This document shows positions 1 to 12,720 of a DNA stretch of 64,000 nucleotides, piece after piece (within the stretch, counting starts at the first letter, position 1; each line of letters starts with the position of its first letter). Origin of the DNA: Eutreptiella sp. 'Long Island Sound 2002' (lineage: Eukaryota > Protista > Euglenida); the NCBI GenBank assembly GCA_964036045.1, contig OZ038378.1:28582001-28646000 (forward strand), read 5' to 3'. The notes beneath the pieces were generated by a model. That model was not told the DNA's origin, did not search any database, and saw nothing but the letters and a program-made list of their open reading frames with translations. The position numbers and the translations under genes are program-made.

Positions 1-2939
1 GGGGGGTGCCCAGCCGGGCCGGAGGAAGCGAAGGGGTGGACGGGGACGTGGCTCGCCGAACACATGAATCCGTTGTGGTGCTCCAAGCTCCGCGGGCCGT
101 TGCCCTTCCCTGTCCACACGCACGGGGACCGGGGAGGGGAGGGAGGGGGGGGGGTGGCGATGGGATGGCGCCGAGGGTTGTTGTGCCTGGGCGTTCCAGA
201 CGGCGGTTGGGGCCCCTTCGCGCCAGGTGCACGCCTGACATCGCCCGCGTCGTCTTCGACCCGGACACAGAGGCCTCCTGCGGAGTCTTGGGGACCGCTT
301 TCTTTGCGGAAGCGGCCGTCGTCGTCATCGCCGCCGCTTGGGTAGCTAGGTCCTAGGCTAGGGCTGGTTCGCCCCGCAATTCCGCGAGGTCACACCGCAG
401 CATGTCAATGACACCCTCAAGGGACGCATTGTGGCGCTACAGCGAAGCGATCATCGCCTCCTCAATGGTAGGAGGGGGGGGGGGGGGCTGTTGGGCGGGT
501 CCGCCGGCCCATTTTCTCCCCTTGAAGCGGGAGCGGTTGCGCGCCGCCCCCTCGTTGATGTTTGCGGGCTGAGTGCCCACATGGAAAGGAGGGAGCACCG
601 CGGCTATTGCGTAGGCATCGTGGGGCACTGTAGGAGGGCAGCCAAATAGGTGGCCATCCCCTCGGGGTCGCCCATTGTGCTCAAGGCACGCGGGCGAAGG
701 AAAAGGGAGACACAAAGGCGCCACACAATAGACGAGAAAATTGTGGTTCAGCTAGGCAGCCTCACCACGTGCAGGTTCACAACGAGAGGCCTGAAAAACA
801 CAAAAAGAGCCCCCCCCCCCCCCGCCGCCCCGCGCACCCTATACCAAAAAAGGGTAAATAACACATAAATGCGGCCTAAAACATGCTTTACGTAGCTTGG
901 ATGGCAATTTTAGGTGATCACGGTATCAAAAAAAAAAAGTTTCGAAAACTTCGGTTTTTGAGTTGGCCGGGGTGAAATATTGCATAAGCAGGTAGGGCAT
1001 CTCCATGCACACATTCAAGCCATTATAGGGGGAAATAGTGTTTTCCCGTCTTTCACACCACCCTTGACCGGCCCTAAACGGGGCTAGAGACTCATTAGGG
1101 GATGCGGTTATTGCACAAGATAATGATTTTACAAGGGTTTACATCAACAATTCAACCCCTTGGGGTAGGGTACGAGAATAGGCCCTATCACACCTCAACA
1201 CGGGTTGTTTTCGCATACATATGAGCCCGCCGGGCGTTGATCTAACAACCTCTGCTTTGATCCAACAACCTCTGCGAAGTGATTTCTGGGGCTTTGAGGG
1301 GGGGAGATTGCTCGGGCTCCATGAGCCTAGCAGGCACTCTGTGGCTCCCTATGGGTGATGAAGTACCCGTATTGTCACCAAATAATCACCCAAACCGATC
1401 CCAAGGGCGTCTAGCACGTTTTGAAAACGTCGCATGTTAAAAACTTTCTATTGCCTTCGGCAAGGCCACCTTGCAGAGAATCTACCTTGAGCACGCAACC
1501 CCCAAATAGGGTGAAACAAGGGTCGTCAAATCGGTAATTACGAACACGCCGTTGTTTCGCCTACTTTTGGGGGATTCAAAGAAAAGGGGGGGGTTATCTT
1601 AAAAAATGACACCTAAAATCTTGGCCTTGGAAAAAAGGGGGGGTTTCTCTATTCTACCATAAGCTGCACCCAAGGCGGCGAATTCGGACCAAAAAGTGGA
1701 CGTAATTGCTTGCCACTTGGTGCTCATAGGCCTAAGGGGTAAGCATTTAGGAAGCGGGCTCCTCCACTCTAAGCCCTCACCAAGCTACAGAGCCGGTGCC
1801 TAAAACCGCCCACACCCCCCGCCACGAGGGGGGTCGTTTCCTCAATGTCGAAAGCGATGCAGCCCACGGCCTCAAACAGACTGCATGCATTGGCCACATT
1901 GCTTGGTGTTGATCAAAAAATTGAATGGTAGATCCTCACGGGGCTGGCATGGCCCCATACCCCCACACCGACCGTTTCCAATGTACTTCATGCACAACAT
2001 TTGCCGCACCCATCACCCATCGTTAATGGATGTGGCCTTAGTGCTACCTGCCTTTGTAGATGTGGTGGCTTTCTTCCGGCCGCGGTTGTCCACCCATTTT
2101 TGGCCGGCGCGCATGTATGCCTTGTGGGCACTACTCTGTTCACCGTGGGCCTTGTACCACCCATTGCCAGGCACAGCTTGCACGCACAATGGAGGTCCAG
2201 ATACACAATTGTACTCGACCCGGTTGGCCTCTTGAGCCGCAAAAGCATTGCGTTCATTCATGATGTCCGCCCAATGGGAGTCACGACATGGCCACGACAT
2301 GTAGAGTAGCAAAAGGAGCGTCAACATCATCGAGGTGCTTAACCACATGTTTGGGTGGTTGCAAGGGGAACATGCTTTGACTGCGGCCCAAAGTTGTGGA
2401 GCAATTACTCGCAAAATGCTCCGGCCAACGTCCAACAATGTAGACTGTAAACCCATGATAACGGCCAAACGCAACATGATGATCATTATATTGCAGCACA
2501 GGAGCATAGGAGACCAAATTGCGTAGTGGGAAGGGTGCCTGAGGCAGCACCAAAGGCCAAAAAGAGTGATGATGTGGGCAACCCTATACGAGCCCCAAAA
2601 ATGTCGAAGGAGTCCACATTGTACTTGCATGCAATAGCTCGGCAACATATGTCCCCAACAAGAAAAAAGTCCCATTCATTGTGGTTCATTGAACCAAGAT
2701 GCATAACGAACACAGGGCATACAACATGCGACAAAGAAAGAAAGAGTACAAACATTGCAACAGAACAACAATAGCACAAACTTGACTAGTGAGGGTTACC
2801 ATTGTAACCACTCTTAAAAAAAGGAGAGGTTTGGTGAGGTGCATATTGTCATTTTTCACTAATTTCGCGTACTTGGAAAAAATTGGGGGGTCCCAAACCA
2901 TCAGCGTGTCCGAAGTTCCCAAAGTCGATGGCCCCGGGG

Positions 2940-3580
2940 GTGAAAACCACATAAATAATGCCTAAAATATGCTTACATAGCTTGGATGGCCATTGTGAGT
3001 GGCCACAATGTCCAAAAAACAAGTTTCGGAAACTTCGATTTTTGACCTATATAGGGTGAAGAACTGCATTGAGCAGGCTGTGTGCTAGTCGATTGGGAGA
3101 CCCCCCCCCCCCCCCCACACACACACCCAATACCCAAATAGGGTAAAAAAACACATGAATACTGCGTAAAACTTGCTTTACATAGCTTGCATGGTCATGG
3201 TGAGTGGTCGGGATGTCAAAGAAGGGAATTCAAGAATCTTCAATTTTTGAGCTGTACAGGGTGACAAACTGTATTGGCACGCTGTGTAACAGTCCATTGG
3301 GGCACCCCCCCCAACACACCAAATACCCAAATCTGGTGAAAAACACACAAATATCGCCTAAGACATGCTGCACATAGCTTGGATGGTCATCGTGTGTGGC
3401 AATGATGTCAAAAAAAGTTTCATAAAATTTGAATTTTGAGCCGCCCAAGGCGAAAAGCTGCATTGAGCAGGTTGTGTACCAACCCATGCACACATGGGGA
3501 AGCCATTATTGGTGGAAATAGTGATTTGTCATTATTTACATTGCCCTTGACCGGGCCTAGGCGAGGCCAGAGATTGCAGG
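2940..3580. repeat. Three diverged roughly 195-bp tandem units; a related dispersed copy lies at 851-1100
   Basis: Shared blocks GGT(G/A)AAAA..ACA(C/T)A, ACATAGCTTG(G/C)ATGG and TTTTTGAG...GGTGA. Confidence 0.7.
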
Positions 3581-6500
3581 AAACGTCGTTTTGTATCCTA
3601 GTCGGCATGTGATATTACAACATCCCCACTTCCCCCACTTCGAGTGGGTACCATGGGGTGGGTATGGTTGCCAAAAACACCATCACAGCAGAAACAACTA
3701 AAGGCCGCAAGAATTGCATTCGCACTCGTCCCACTCCGCTCCACAAAAACCCTATGGACTCATGACCCAAAAACACTTTTTCGTCTCAAAATCAAAAAAC
3801 TAAAATATACATGAATTTTGACCCCCCCTAAAGGGGGGTCATTTTCTTCGACTTTTTGATCCCACCCTTCATACCCCTCCCTCACAGGGGCAAAAAAGTG
3901 AGTATGGGGGCATCCGGACCAAAAAGTCATAGGGGGATGCATTTATAGGACAAAATGATGATATTACCACGGGTTAAACAAACGTTTTAACCCCTTGTAG
4001 TAGGGCACGCAACTACGCCCAAATAAGCCCGTAAAGGGGGGGTATGTGGCATTTTCCCCTATATCCAGGCCTGCTTGGCTTTGATCTAACAATCGCTGTG
4101 AGGTGATTTTCAAGTGTCACCAAGCAACCTACACAACATCAACTTTGGGCATTCGTCAATTAACGTCCACTGGTCTCTGTAGAGAGGTCGGGGAGCTAGG
4201 AGGTGGGACAGTTCGAGTTGAAGAGCCCGTGGCCTCCCATACAGGCGCCTATGCCTGCACTGTGGCTAGCAGGGACGAGCTGCTTGGGACTACGTCGCTT
4301 CCACGCCTAACTGGCGGCTCCTGGCCCTCTCTGCTCAGCACCACTAGCACCTCGGCAACCTTGCCCCAGTGGTGGGTTTGTGGGCCGATGTCACCCCGCA
4401 GTGCGCGTGCTTGCCCGGCCAAGGCCAGCTGTAGGCCGGGGCCCTCCAACGCGCCCACGGGCCCTGCCTGGGGTAGGTGTGCCAGTCCCTGATCTCCCAT
4501 CACCATGTGTCCCCTTGGGGCCGGCCACAAGCCGAGCACCCCCTGAAACACTTCCTTCTCCCCCGGTTGGGGCAGATGGAAGTTATGGTCTCCCCGGGTA
4601 CCCGCTGCAATGGGCGGCATCACCCCCACAATGCCACTGAGGGTGTGGCGTCGCCGCTGCCTTGGCGGCGGGGGGAGGGAGTGGTTGTGGTCCCCCTCCT
4701 CCGAAATGAGCACCCCAAAGGGCGGGCGCAAAACCTGGGCCAGTGCTTGGCCGGTGGTCACCACGGGATGGGGGAGGGGGTGATTAGGATCCCCCGCCCC
4801 CCATTTGAGCACCGCGGGGTCAACGGCTGTTGGGGCCGTCTGTCCGCCCTCCATCCTCCAGACGCACCTTGGGCTGGCGGCTTTTATAGCCGGCATGGTC
4901 CCTCCTTTCCCACAATTAGTGGACCGGGGCATTGGCCCCCGCATCCATGACAGTATCACGCCACTGCACCCCCTCCCTTGCCCTAGTGGTCGCCCGCAGG
5001 GGGACAGGGTCAGGACATGGGAAGAGAGAGATAGGGGGCCCCCTAGTGGGCTTGGGGGCTAGGTTAGCAAAAGGATGGCGACAGGCACAACCCCCCCTTC
5101 CGTGATCCCGCTAGCAGCAGCTCAAATGTAGGATGTGTCGTACCCCACAATGCAGCAATACATTCCTCCTCCTGCACCAGCTGTTGGAGCATCTAGTCAT
5201 CCCCGATCCGGCTAGCGGCTAAGATAGCCGGCTGAGCCAGGGAGTAGTCGGAACTCACCTTGGGTTGTAGTCCTAGCCCACTCTTGGGGAAGGGGGGGGG
5301 GCTTTCGGGATCGTAGCCCCCCCCCCCCCGCCTGAGAGACAAGCTCTTGCGCCGCTGGCGTTGCTGCTGAAGACTCCACGACCACAGCCTCCATGTCCGC
5401 AAGGTCTTGTGCCGCAGACTGCGCTGCTGCAGACCCCACGTCTGCAGTCTCCATGTCTACTGTGCTCTTGTGCTGCAGACATCGTTGTTGTGGGCCCCAA
5501 GTCTGCAAAATCGTTGGAGCCAGAGGTCCGAGGGCAGAGGGAAGTGCCTACTCCACCGCTGGCCGTCTCGATGGCACCTGCACCCTGTGGTCGGCCGTGC
5601 AGGCCGCGCATGGTGCCTAGAGCGCCGGGGGGCATCCCCACTCCAGCACCGGGCAGTTCCAGACCAAGCAATGCGCGAGGCTCGTCAGCCCACCTGCCCG
5701 TGGGACCCCACAGACCAAGTGGGTCCGCCCCCTCGGCCAGCCTTGAGGCATTGTGCCCCCTAGCGGCGCCTTGCAAGGCTGCGGTTGTAGAGACACCCTC
5801 CACGCGAGGCGGCACCCTATCCCCAAGGCCAGCCCGGGAGCGATCGCCAGCATGCCGCCAGCGTCAGCCACGGCTGACAGCGGTCGGCGTCCTGTCGTGG
5901 GACCGCATGACCCCCACAGGGCTAGAGACGCTGGACGCCAGAGAGCTGCCTCTGCCCGCGCTTCCGAGTGCCGTGCCAAATTTGTGGGACTCGGTGGGGC
6001 TGCACGTGTATGACGTTCCCCGATTTGGATGAGTCAGCCAGTGTGGCCGTAGCAGCGGTGGTACTGGCTCCATAGCTGCGGTCCTTCTAGGTGTTGCCCA
6101 CGGCGTCCTGCCCACACTGGGGGCATACCTGAGCATTCTCCGTTAGCCCCCTGCACCAGGGGCACAAGTTGTTGCCGCTCTCATGGGGCGGGACGCCGCC
6201 AACAAGGCCGTTGCTGCTGCCGCAGCGGCACACGCGGCCGCGACGGGGCCAATCTCAACATCAGCCCCTGTTTACGGATGGCTCTGACCGGTTGCCTCGT
6301 TGTTGCGCGCGCTGGCTCTGGCGCACGGGCAGGACCGCCACTCTCGGTCCCGCCGGCGGTGGGAGAGGGGGCCAGTGCCTATCGGATAAGCCCCGGGGAG
6401 CCCCCAGCAACACAGACATGGTGATTGCGGCTTGGCTGGAGCAGCCTCGCCACGTGTAGGCGCGCAAGAAGAGGCCTACACAACAGCAATTTGGGGCTTT

Positions 6501-7294
6501 TGGGGGGGGCCATAGCTCTGGCTACATGGGCCTAGCGGTTACTACGTGGGTCTCCATGGGTGCTCAAGTACCCGTATTGTCACCAAATGATGACCCAAAC
6601 CCATCCCAGGGGCCACACGACAGACAGTTTCCAGAAAAAGGCGAATTTTCAAAAAATTGTCAGGTGCGACTAAACAACCTAACCAGCGGGAAAATGGGTT
6701 GGTCCTCACTAGCAAGGGGAAACTGGGGGTACCCAAAGTTGGGACTCAAGACCCTGCCATGGGTTAGAGGGTCCATATACAAGAAAATAGTTCTTGAGGA
6801 CCTAGGTCTGAATCGACACACAACAGCAATACGCTGCAATACGCAAAGAAGTTTTGCCCCCCCCCCAAAAAAAAGGGGTAACCGGGTACGGGGGGGGAGG
6901 GGGGGTCAAAATCAAAAATGCATTGGGGGATCATCTTCTCTCCCACAATGATGATTTTACAAGGGGTTAAACATCCAGTACCATACCTTGGAGTATCCTA
7001 TGTGAACATATCTCTCTGGGACATCCGTTGGGTGCCAACGCAGTGCAAATTCGCAATTTTTCAGGGTTTCTCACGTTTTGGTCCAATGCACTAAAAATTT
7101 TCGTTCCGTAGGGGGGGGGTATGTGTATGCTTTTTGAAATCTGTGAGAAAAGGCCGTTTCAGAAATCTATTGCCTTCGGCAGTGCACCTCGAAGAGAGGT
7201 TGACAGTCAGCCATTCAGTCCCTGCGCCAGGCCAGCAGTGAGTCATACTGTCAGTGGCAGATGCGTCCCTAAACAGTGGAGCGACGCTTCACTA

Positions 7295-7484
7295 CAGACC
7301 GCGCAGTGGCCGAATGGTAACGCAGCCGACCGGAGTTTATTTGGTCGGCGGTTCGAACCCTGGTTGGCTGCATTTGGCGCCGCCGCCGCCGCGAAAAGTC
7401 AGCAGACCAGGGTTCGAACCACCGACCGAAAACTTTGCGTCGGCTGCGTTACCATTCGACCAGCGGTTGTCTAACGGCGGTCTG
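7295..7484. repeat. Inverted (tail-to-tail) pair of tRNA-derived units forming a 190-bp imperfect palindrome
   Basis: Each arm reads TGG(C/T)CGAATGGTAACGCAGCCGAC-N11/12-GGTCGG(C/T)GGTTCGAACCCTGGT, with A-box and B-box. The arms are separated by a (GCC)n spacer. Confidence 0.7.
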
Positions 7485-7769
7485 CTTCCCCACTGCTTGC
7501 AGCCTTCTGAGCGAAAACTTTTGACCCCCCCCCACCCCCCAACCCCCCCCCCAAAAAGTGATATCCAGTTTTAGGGGGTAGAGGCCTCAAAATCAAAAAA
7601 TCCATTGGGGGATGGTCTTATTGGGCAAAATAATGATTTTACAAGGGGTTGGACATCCAATATCATGCCTTGGGGTATGCTACGCGAATGACCCCAAAAA
7701 AGGGGGGTATATGACGCCCGCGCCTGCGCTTGATCTAACAACCTCTCTTCGAGGTGATTTGCACCGCCA

Positions 7770-8085
7770 GAGCGTGTTCTTTTGCGAACCAAAGGTTTCT
7801 GTGGTGCATCGGGTGATGCAACAGCCCATTGTGTGAATTTGTATGCGGACATGGTGATTGCCTGTTGACAAAAGGAGGCAGCAAGCAACACAGGCACTGT
7901 CCAAAACGGACGAAAACATCACACATGTCGTCAGTGCAGCATGCAAACCCAGGGTGTTCCAAATAGCCCTGTTCAAGGGCTTTCCGAATATACCCCACAT
8001 CCCCCCCCTTCGGGACACTCAGCAGGCACAATTGAGACAACGATGGCACCGACCCCTGAAAACGCTCCGTGTTGGCACCATTCCG
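7770..8085. repeat. Dispersed repeat homologous to 18655-18965
   Basis: ACCAAAGGTTT.TGTGGTGCAT...CCTGTTGACAAAA.GAGGCAGCA...CCCCTGAAAACGCTCCG.GTTGGCA is present in both. Confidence 0.8.
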
Positions 8086-8322
8086 AACGTCCCAGAGAGA
8101 TATTTTGGGGTATCCTACGTGAATGACCCCCCAAAAGGGGGGGTAAATGACGTCCGCGCCTGGGCTTGATCTACCAACCCTCTTCGAGGTGATTTATATA
8201 ACGTATGGCAGGACTGTACAGATAAGTAAGGCGGACACCCGCCAGCGTGCATGACTGAGGACTGCAACTGGCGGTGTGTAACGGACCTTACCAATGCGTC
8301 AAGGCACGAGCTTTCTTTCGAA

Positions 8323-8700
8323 TCAGTACTTTACAACAGCCCGCAAGCAATGCCCACTGTGCAGCGCTTCAATGGCCTTTGTCGTTGCTGCAACACCGTC
8401 AAATGTGTGGGTGATGTAGTGTCCCACGGGGATGTCCCCCTTCATCTCGCGGTCCACCAGCATCGGGATGGCGTCGCGAGTCTTCCATCCGCCAAAAGCA
8501 GTGCCAGCGCAGCGGCGGCCGGTGATGAACTGGAATGGTCTTGTGGAGATCTCGTGGCCAGAGGCAGCAACGCCAATGAGGCAGCACTGCCCCCAGCCCC
8601 GATGGGCGGCCTCTAGGGCGCTACGCATCACGTCGGTGTTGCCAGTGCAGTCAAAGGTGTAGTCCCAGCCGTACCCGGTCGGGCTTTCGCCCACGAGGAC
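8323..8700 (-). CDS. ADH5: Class III alcohol dehydrogenase, exon 2 of 2 (spliced product about 381 aa)
   Basis: Acceptor TTGTTGTGGCAG|GTC at 8701/8700, in phase 0 with exon 1. Translation has DYTFDCTGN, ALEAAHRGWG, EISTRPFQFITGR, GTAFGG, HYITH and RAVVKY-stop, the standard ADH3 C-terminus. Confidence 0.95.
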   Translation of the reverse strand, partial: VLVGESPTGYGWDYTFDCTGNTDVMRSALEAAHRGWGQCCLIGVAASGHEISTRPFQFITGRRCAGTAFGGWKTRDAIPMLVDREMKGDIPVGHYITHTFDGVAATTKAIEALHSGHCLRAVVKY

Positions 8701-10943
8701 CTGCCACAACAAAAACCGTATTTGCGACCAAATTTGGCCTGAGGCCTGGGCCCTGAGGGCAGCATACTGTACCGGAGTCGTGCACTTACCAGGGAAACGG
8801 AACCAAAGAGGGGGACAGTGCTTCGATTGGAAGTACCACCACCCACTGACTGCAGGCTGGCACCAGGTTTACAGACTTGCGTGTGATTAATGCAATGAAC
8901 CCACCGGTTCAAAAAAGCCGGCAATTCCGAGGCACAAAGGTGTTTTTTACGGGATTTTTTGGCGTACGGCGCCCTGGAAATGCCGCATTTGGCCGGGGAA
9001 GAAGTCGTTTTGCGGGGCAGGGGGCCGTGCGAGCTAACTTGCTAGACCCTCCACCCCCTCCAAAAGGACTCTCTGGGCCAGAACCCTACAAAGCCCTGGA
9101 GGGCATCATGGTAAGGGTTCAGGTCAGCCCCAGACATAGGCAAGTCAAAGTGGTCCCCACGGTGCACTGATCGTTTTGAGGTGTATATCATTAGGAGGGG
9201 GGGTGGGGGGGGGCTGCCACAAAGGCGCAGCAAGTGTGAAGGTTGGTCTTCCGGGTGTTCGCACTAGTTTGGGTTCTTTTTGGAATAAATTGTGCACATT
9301 GCTTCCCCACAGACGATGTGGAAATGTTTGGTGGGTGAGAGTGAGACAGTTGTCCCACTGCTCACAAATGCTGCTTCTGCCCCTTGGCATCCTTCCCCTG
9401 CCGGCGCCGGCATGCGTCACATTCAGTCAGTCCCAAGACCATGAAATTTGGAGGGTGCTCTTCTTAACACGTGATGTGGGAAATGCGAGACAGGGCCAGG
9501 AGTCTCGCATCAGCAGGCGCTATCGATCAGTAGTGTGCAACATTTGCACGTTTCCCCCCTCTTTTTTAACCAAGCACCCACACCCGGGGTGGGGGGTAAT
9601 TGCAAAAAACAACCCTTTAGCCACTTTGTGGCCCGTTTTGAAGCCAGAACAAGCCTTCAACACTGCCTTTTTATTTGAATACGGTCGCAGAACCCCACTT
9701 CCTCCTCTTTAGGGGCGCTCGAGGGGCCACTCCCCGCCACACATCTAGTATCCCTACCGGTAAGGTTCGTAAATCGAGCCGCGGGGCTACATAGGCCAGC
9801 GTCGCATACACCACCAGAAGGCAAAGACAGACGTCGATTTTGGTGTGATCATTCTTTGCGACCAGATATCAACAATAGCATTTCATGATTAGATTTAATC
9901 TATTCAATCGAAATCACAATTTTTTTTTGGGATCGTACCCCAAATATTCCATTTTTCCCATGAGCGAGTACAGGGCCTAACATGCAAAAAAAAGTCAAAA
10001 TTGTGTAAAAATGCCTTCGCTACATTTGTACACCTCGTGCAGGAGTGGTGTAATGCTGTAGAGGTTGTGAATGACTTCATTGAAAGGTGGGACACTCAAG
10101 CGCACACTGCTTCACCATTCATCAAATGATTGTTTCCCTACCTTTACAGGGCCACAGCAATCTTTCGCCTTGCTGTCAACAGCCGACTGCTGGCAGTTAC
10201 TGGCCAACTTTGTTGGGTAACTGCCAACATCTGCTGCCAGCGACTGGCTAATCGTCGTTGGTGGCTGGCCCAGCGCCGGTGGCTGGCCTCGTGCTACAGT
10301 TCTGTAGTCACACGAAAACCAACCGGATTTTCTGTCCGACCGGCGCTTCCGTCTGAAATGGTAGCCCCAGAGGCGAGACTGGCGGTTTGTAGGGGGCCGG
10401 TTGGAGGATATAACTGGAGGCGTCTTGAATGGCAACCTCCCAAAAAAACATGAGAGAATCGGTTCATCCTTGAACACAGTGTTGCAGAGGGTTGCATGGG
10501 CCTACACCACCGTGCCACACGGATGCGCTCACACACGAAACCCCCATAAGCCAACACTGCATAGAAGGCCAACACAGGCGTAGCATAGACGGCACGTTCC
10601 ATCTCTCCCCACGAAGCAATGATGGTGTGTAAGACACCTTTTGTCCACCTCAACCCCAGGAAAGTCCACAACTGCGAAAGCAGAGCCTTCTCAGAGGGTA
10701 CGTTTGCCCGGCGCGCGCCCGGCGCGCCCGGCATCCAAATCAATGTCCCGGTCGTCCATCCCAATGCTTTACCACTAAATATCACTCCCTCCTCCAGCCC
10801 ACACGCAACACACACCAATACGCCTCGTCCAGGGTCATCCAGCTGCGTTTTGGGTACGGGTGCACGTGCCCATGTTGCATCAATAGAGTATTATCAGAGC
10901 ACAGGAGGAAGGGCTTTGCATTTGGGTTGATGGGCACAGGGAC
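8701..10943 (-). other. 2243-nt GT-AG intron of the ADH gene, filled with repeat fragments
   Basis: Removing it joins MQQ to VLVGES and restores a full-length ADH3. The 8-mer GCAGGTCC spans both junctions. Confidence 0.85.
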
Positions 10944-11711
10944 CTGCTGCATGGGCTTGTCATAGCCCTTCGGGTTGAGGCAGAGAGTGCACCCGAGTTG
11001 CTTGGCCATCTCGAACTTCTTAGGGTTGGTGTCGATGCCGACGATCGCCTTGGCACCCACCGCCTTGGCCCCCTGGATGACGGCCAGCCCCACAGCCCCA
11101 AGGCCGAATACAGCAACGGAGCTGAACGGCTCCACTTTCATGGTATTCCACACCGCCCCAAGGCCTGTTGAAACGCCACACCCAAACAGGCAGGCCTTGG
11201 TCAGGTCTGCCGCTGGGTTGACTTTCGCAACGGAGATCTCCGCCAAAACGGTGTATTCCGCAAACGTCGAGCAGCCCATGAAATGCCAGATTGTGCTGCC
11301 ATCCTTTTTGAGGGTGAAGCGGGACGTGCCATCAGGCATGACGCCCTTGCCCTGGGTACCACGGATCTTGGGGCACAAATTGGTCTTAGGACTCATGCAG
11401 AAAATGCAGTCCGACCCCTTGCACTGAGGTGTGTAGCCTGGGACAACGCTGTCACCTGGCTTGACAGACGTCACGCCTTCACCGACCGACTCCACGATGG
11501 CCCCTGCCTCGTGACCCAGAATACTTGGGAAAAGCCCTTCAGGGTCTTGGCCACTCAGGGTGTAGATGTCAGTGTGGCAGAGGGCGTTACAAACCACCTT
11601 CACACGCACCTCTCCGGCCTTAGGGGGCGCCACCATAATCTCCTCCTCCCGCAGATCGTTCACACCAAAGGCCACCATGGCTTTGCATGTGATGGGCTGA
11701 CCTTCAGGCAT
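10944..11711 (-). CDS. ADH5: Class III alcohol dehydrogenase / S-(hydroxymethyl)glutathione dehydrogenase (GSNOR), exon 1 of 2
   Basis: ATG at 11711, 256 codons. Contains ALCHTD (catalytic Zn Cys), GHEAG, structural Zn cysteines ([10 protein letters not shown]...NLC), MGCSTF and the Rossmann motif VFGLGAVG. Donor CAG|GTCCCT at 10943. Confidence 0.95.
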
Positions 11712-12199
11712 GTTGTACTCGTCGCCGAAGAAAACTCGCTACTGAGAATGAGTGGATGCAAATAGGGCCGGACTATCAGGCACTATGCGAGTCAAAACCG
11801 CTCCCCACCTCTTGTCGAATATCTCAAAGTAATCCAGATCAGACACCACTGCACCAAAGACACAGCCTCATTTTGCACACGGGCTCCAACAATGATCTGG
11901 ACCCCAGGTTGAAACAGAGAGCTTTGTATGTGGAGCTGATGCCGGTGAGACCCAGAAAAAGAGGTACTACACTCGCCAGAACCACAAGACTGACTGTACA
12001 GGCGACCTGTCTAGACCATGAAAGTGCCTGATCAGCAATGCATGTGCATACAGAAAACACCATGGAGATTCATATGATGCCGGTCCTCTGCCCAATATAG
12101 CAAATTGCAAACATAGTATTTGAAACTTTGAAGTCCATAATTTGCCCATTGTACCGCTTGTACCTCACCCAGCAGTGATGACCCTGATGTCGTTGCAGT

Positions 12200-12720
12200 G
12201 GCATTATTTGCAGAGGAGAAGGAGAAACAATTTCAGCAAGTTCGAAAAATTTTTAAACACGGGAAGGGGGCAGTGAACTCCACATGGAAAAAATTCCATT
12301 ATACACCACGCATGGGTATAAAACGACGAGTTGTTGCCCGTCACGAACAAGGTATTGGATTTGAAAAACTTCAGCGAACAATCTGGGACCTCACTGCAGA
12401 GAAATGTTTTTTGACACGGCAAAGGCAATTGAATGATTGGAAGAAGGTTGTTCAACGTCTTTGGCAAGTCCTACAAAAGGGTAGGCAAGGGTACAGTTGT
12501 GGAGGCTGAAAAGCTCAATATTTCCTGGTGGACTCTGCCATGTGGACGTGGTTCTGTGACCGGTGTGCTAAAAGTCTCCCCGTTTCTGCCAAACTGCTCC
12601 ACACAGAAGCCAGTAGATTGGGTGCTGAAGAAGGGGTTGCAATAACTGCCAAATGGGTTGGTGGCTCTGGCCTCCTTCTATCGAGAGGAACACCACAAAT
12701 TATATGTGCAGCTAATTGAG
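12200..12720 (+). pseudogene. pogo/Tc5 (CENP-B-like) transposase DNA-binding region remnant
   Basis: VDSAMWTWFCDRCAKSLPVSAKLLHTEASRLGAEEG..AKWVG fits HTH_Tnp_Tc5. It is preceded by a CENP-B-N-like segment (KFHYTPRMGIKRRVVARHEQG). One internal stop, and no DDD domain seen. Confidence 0.6.

Larger units (their letters stand above)
6890..8200. repeat. Cluster of a dispersed repeat family, also at about 1120-1460, 3780-4150 and 6470-6660
   Basis: Recurring CAAAATCAAAAA..CATTGGGGGA, TGATTTTACAAGGG, TTGATCTAACAACCTCT..GAGGTGATTT and GTACCCGTATTGTCACCAAA. Confidence 0.7.

Noticed and set aside
4200-6460. Many overlapping GC-rich ORFs (also at 1-870 and 51950-52480) that might be LINE ORF1 or APE remnants
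   Set aside because: They are low-complexity with no convincing motif; GDHNFH is only a weak GDFNxH match. Left unannotated.
10294-10818. Intronic ORF with LAFYAVLAYGG, vaguely like tyrosine-recombinase box I
   Set aside because: The catalytic Arg and the H-x-x-R/Y motifs are absent.
10782-10943. Read-through of the ADH ORF beyond MQQ ([10 protein letters not shown]...)
   Set aside because: It has no ADH similarity and is intronic; the true continuation is at 8700.
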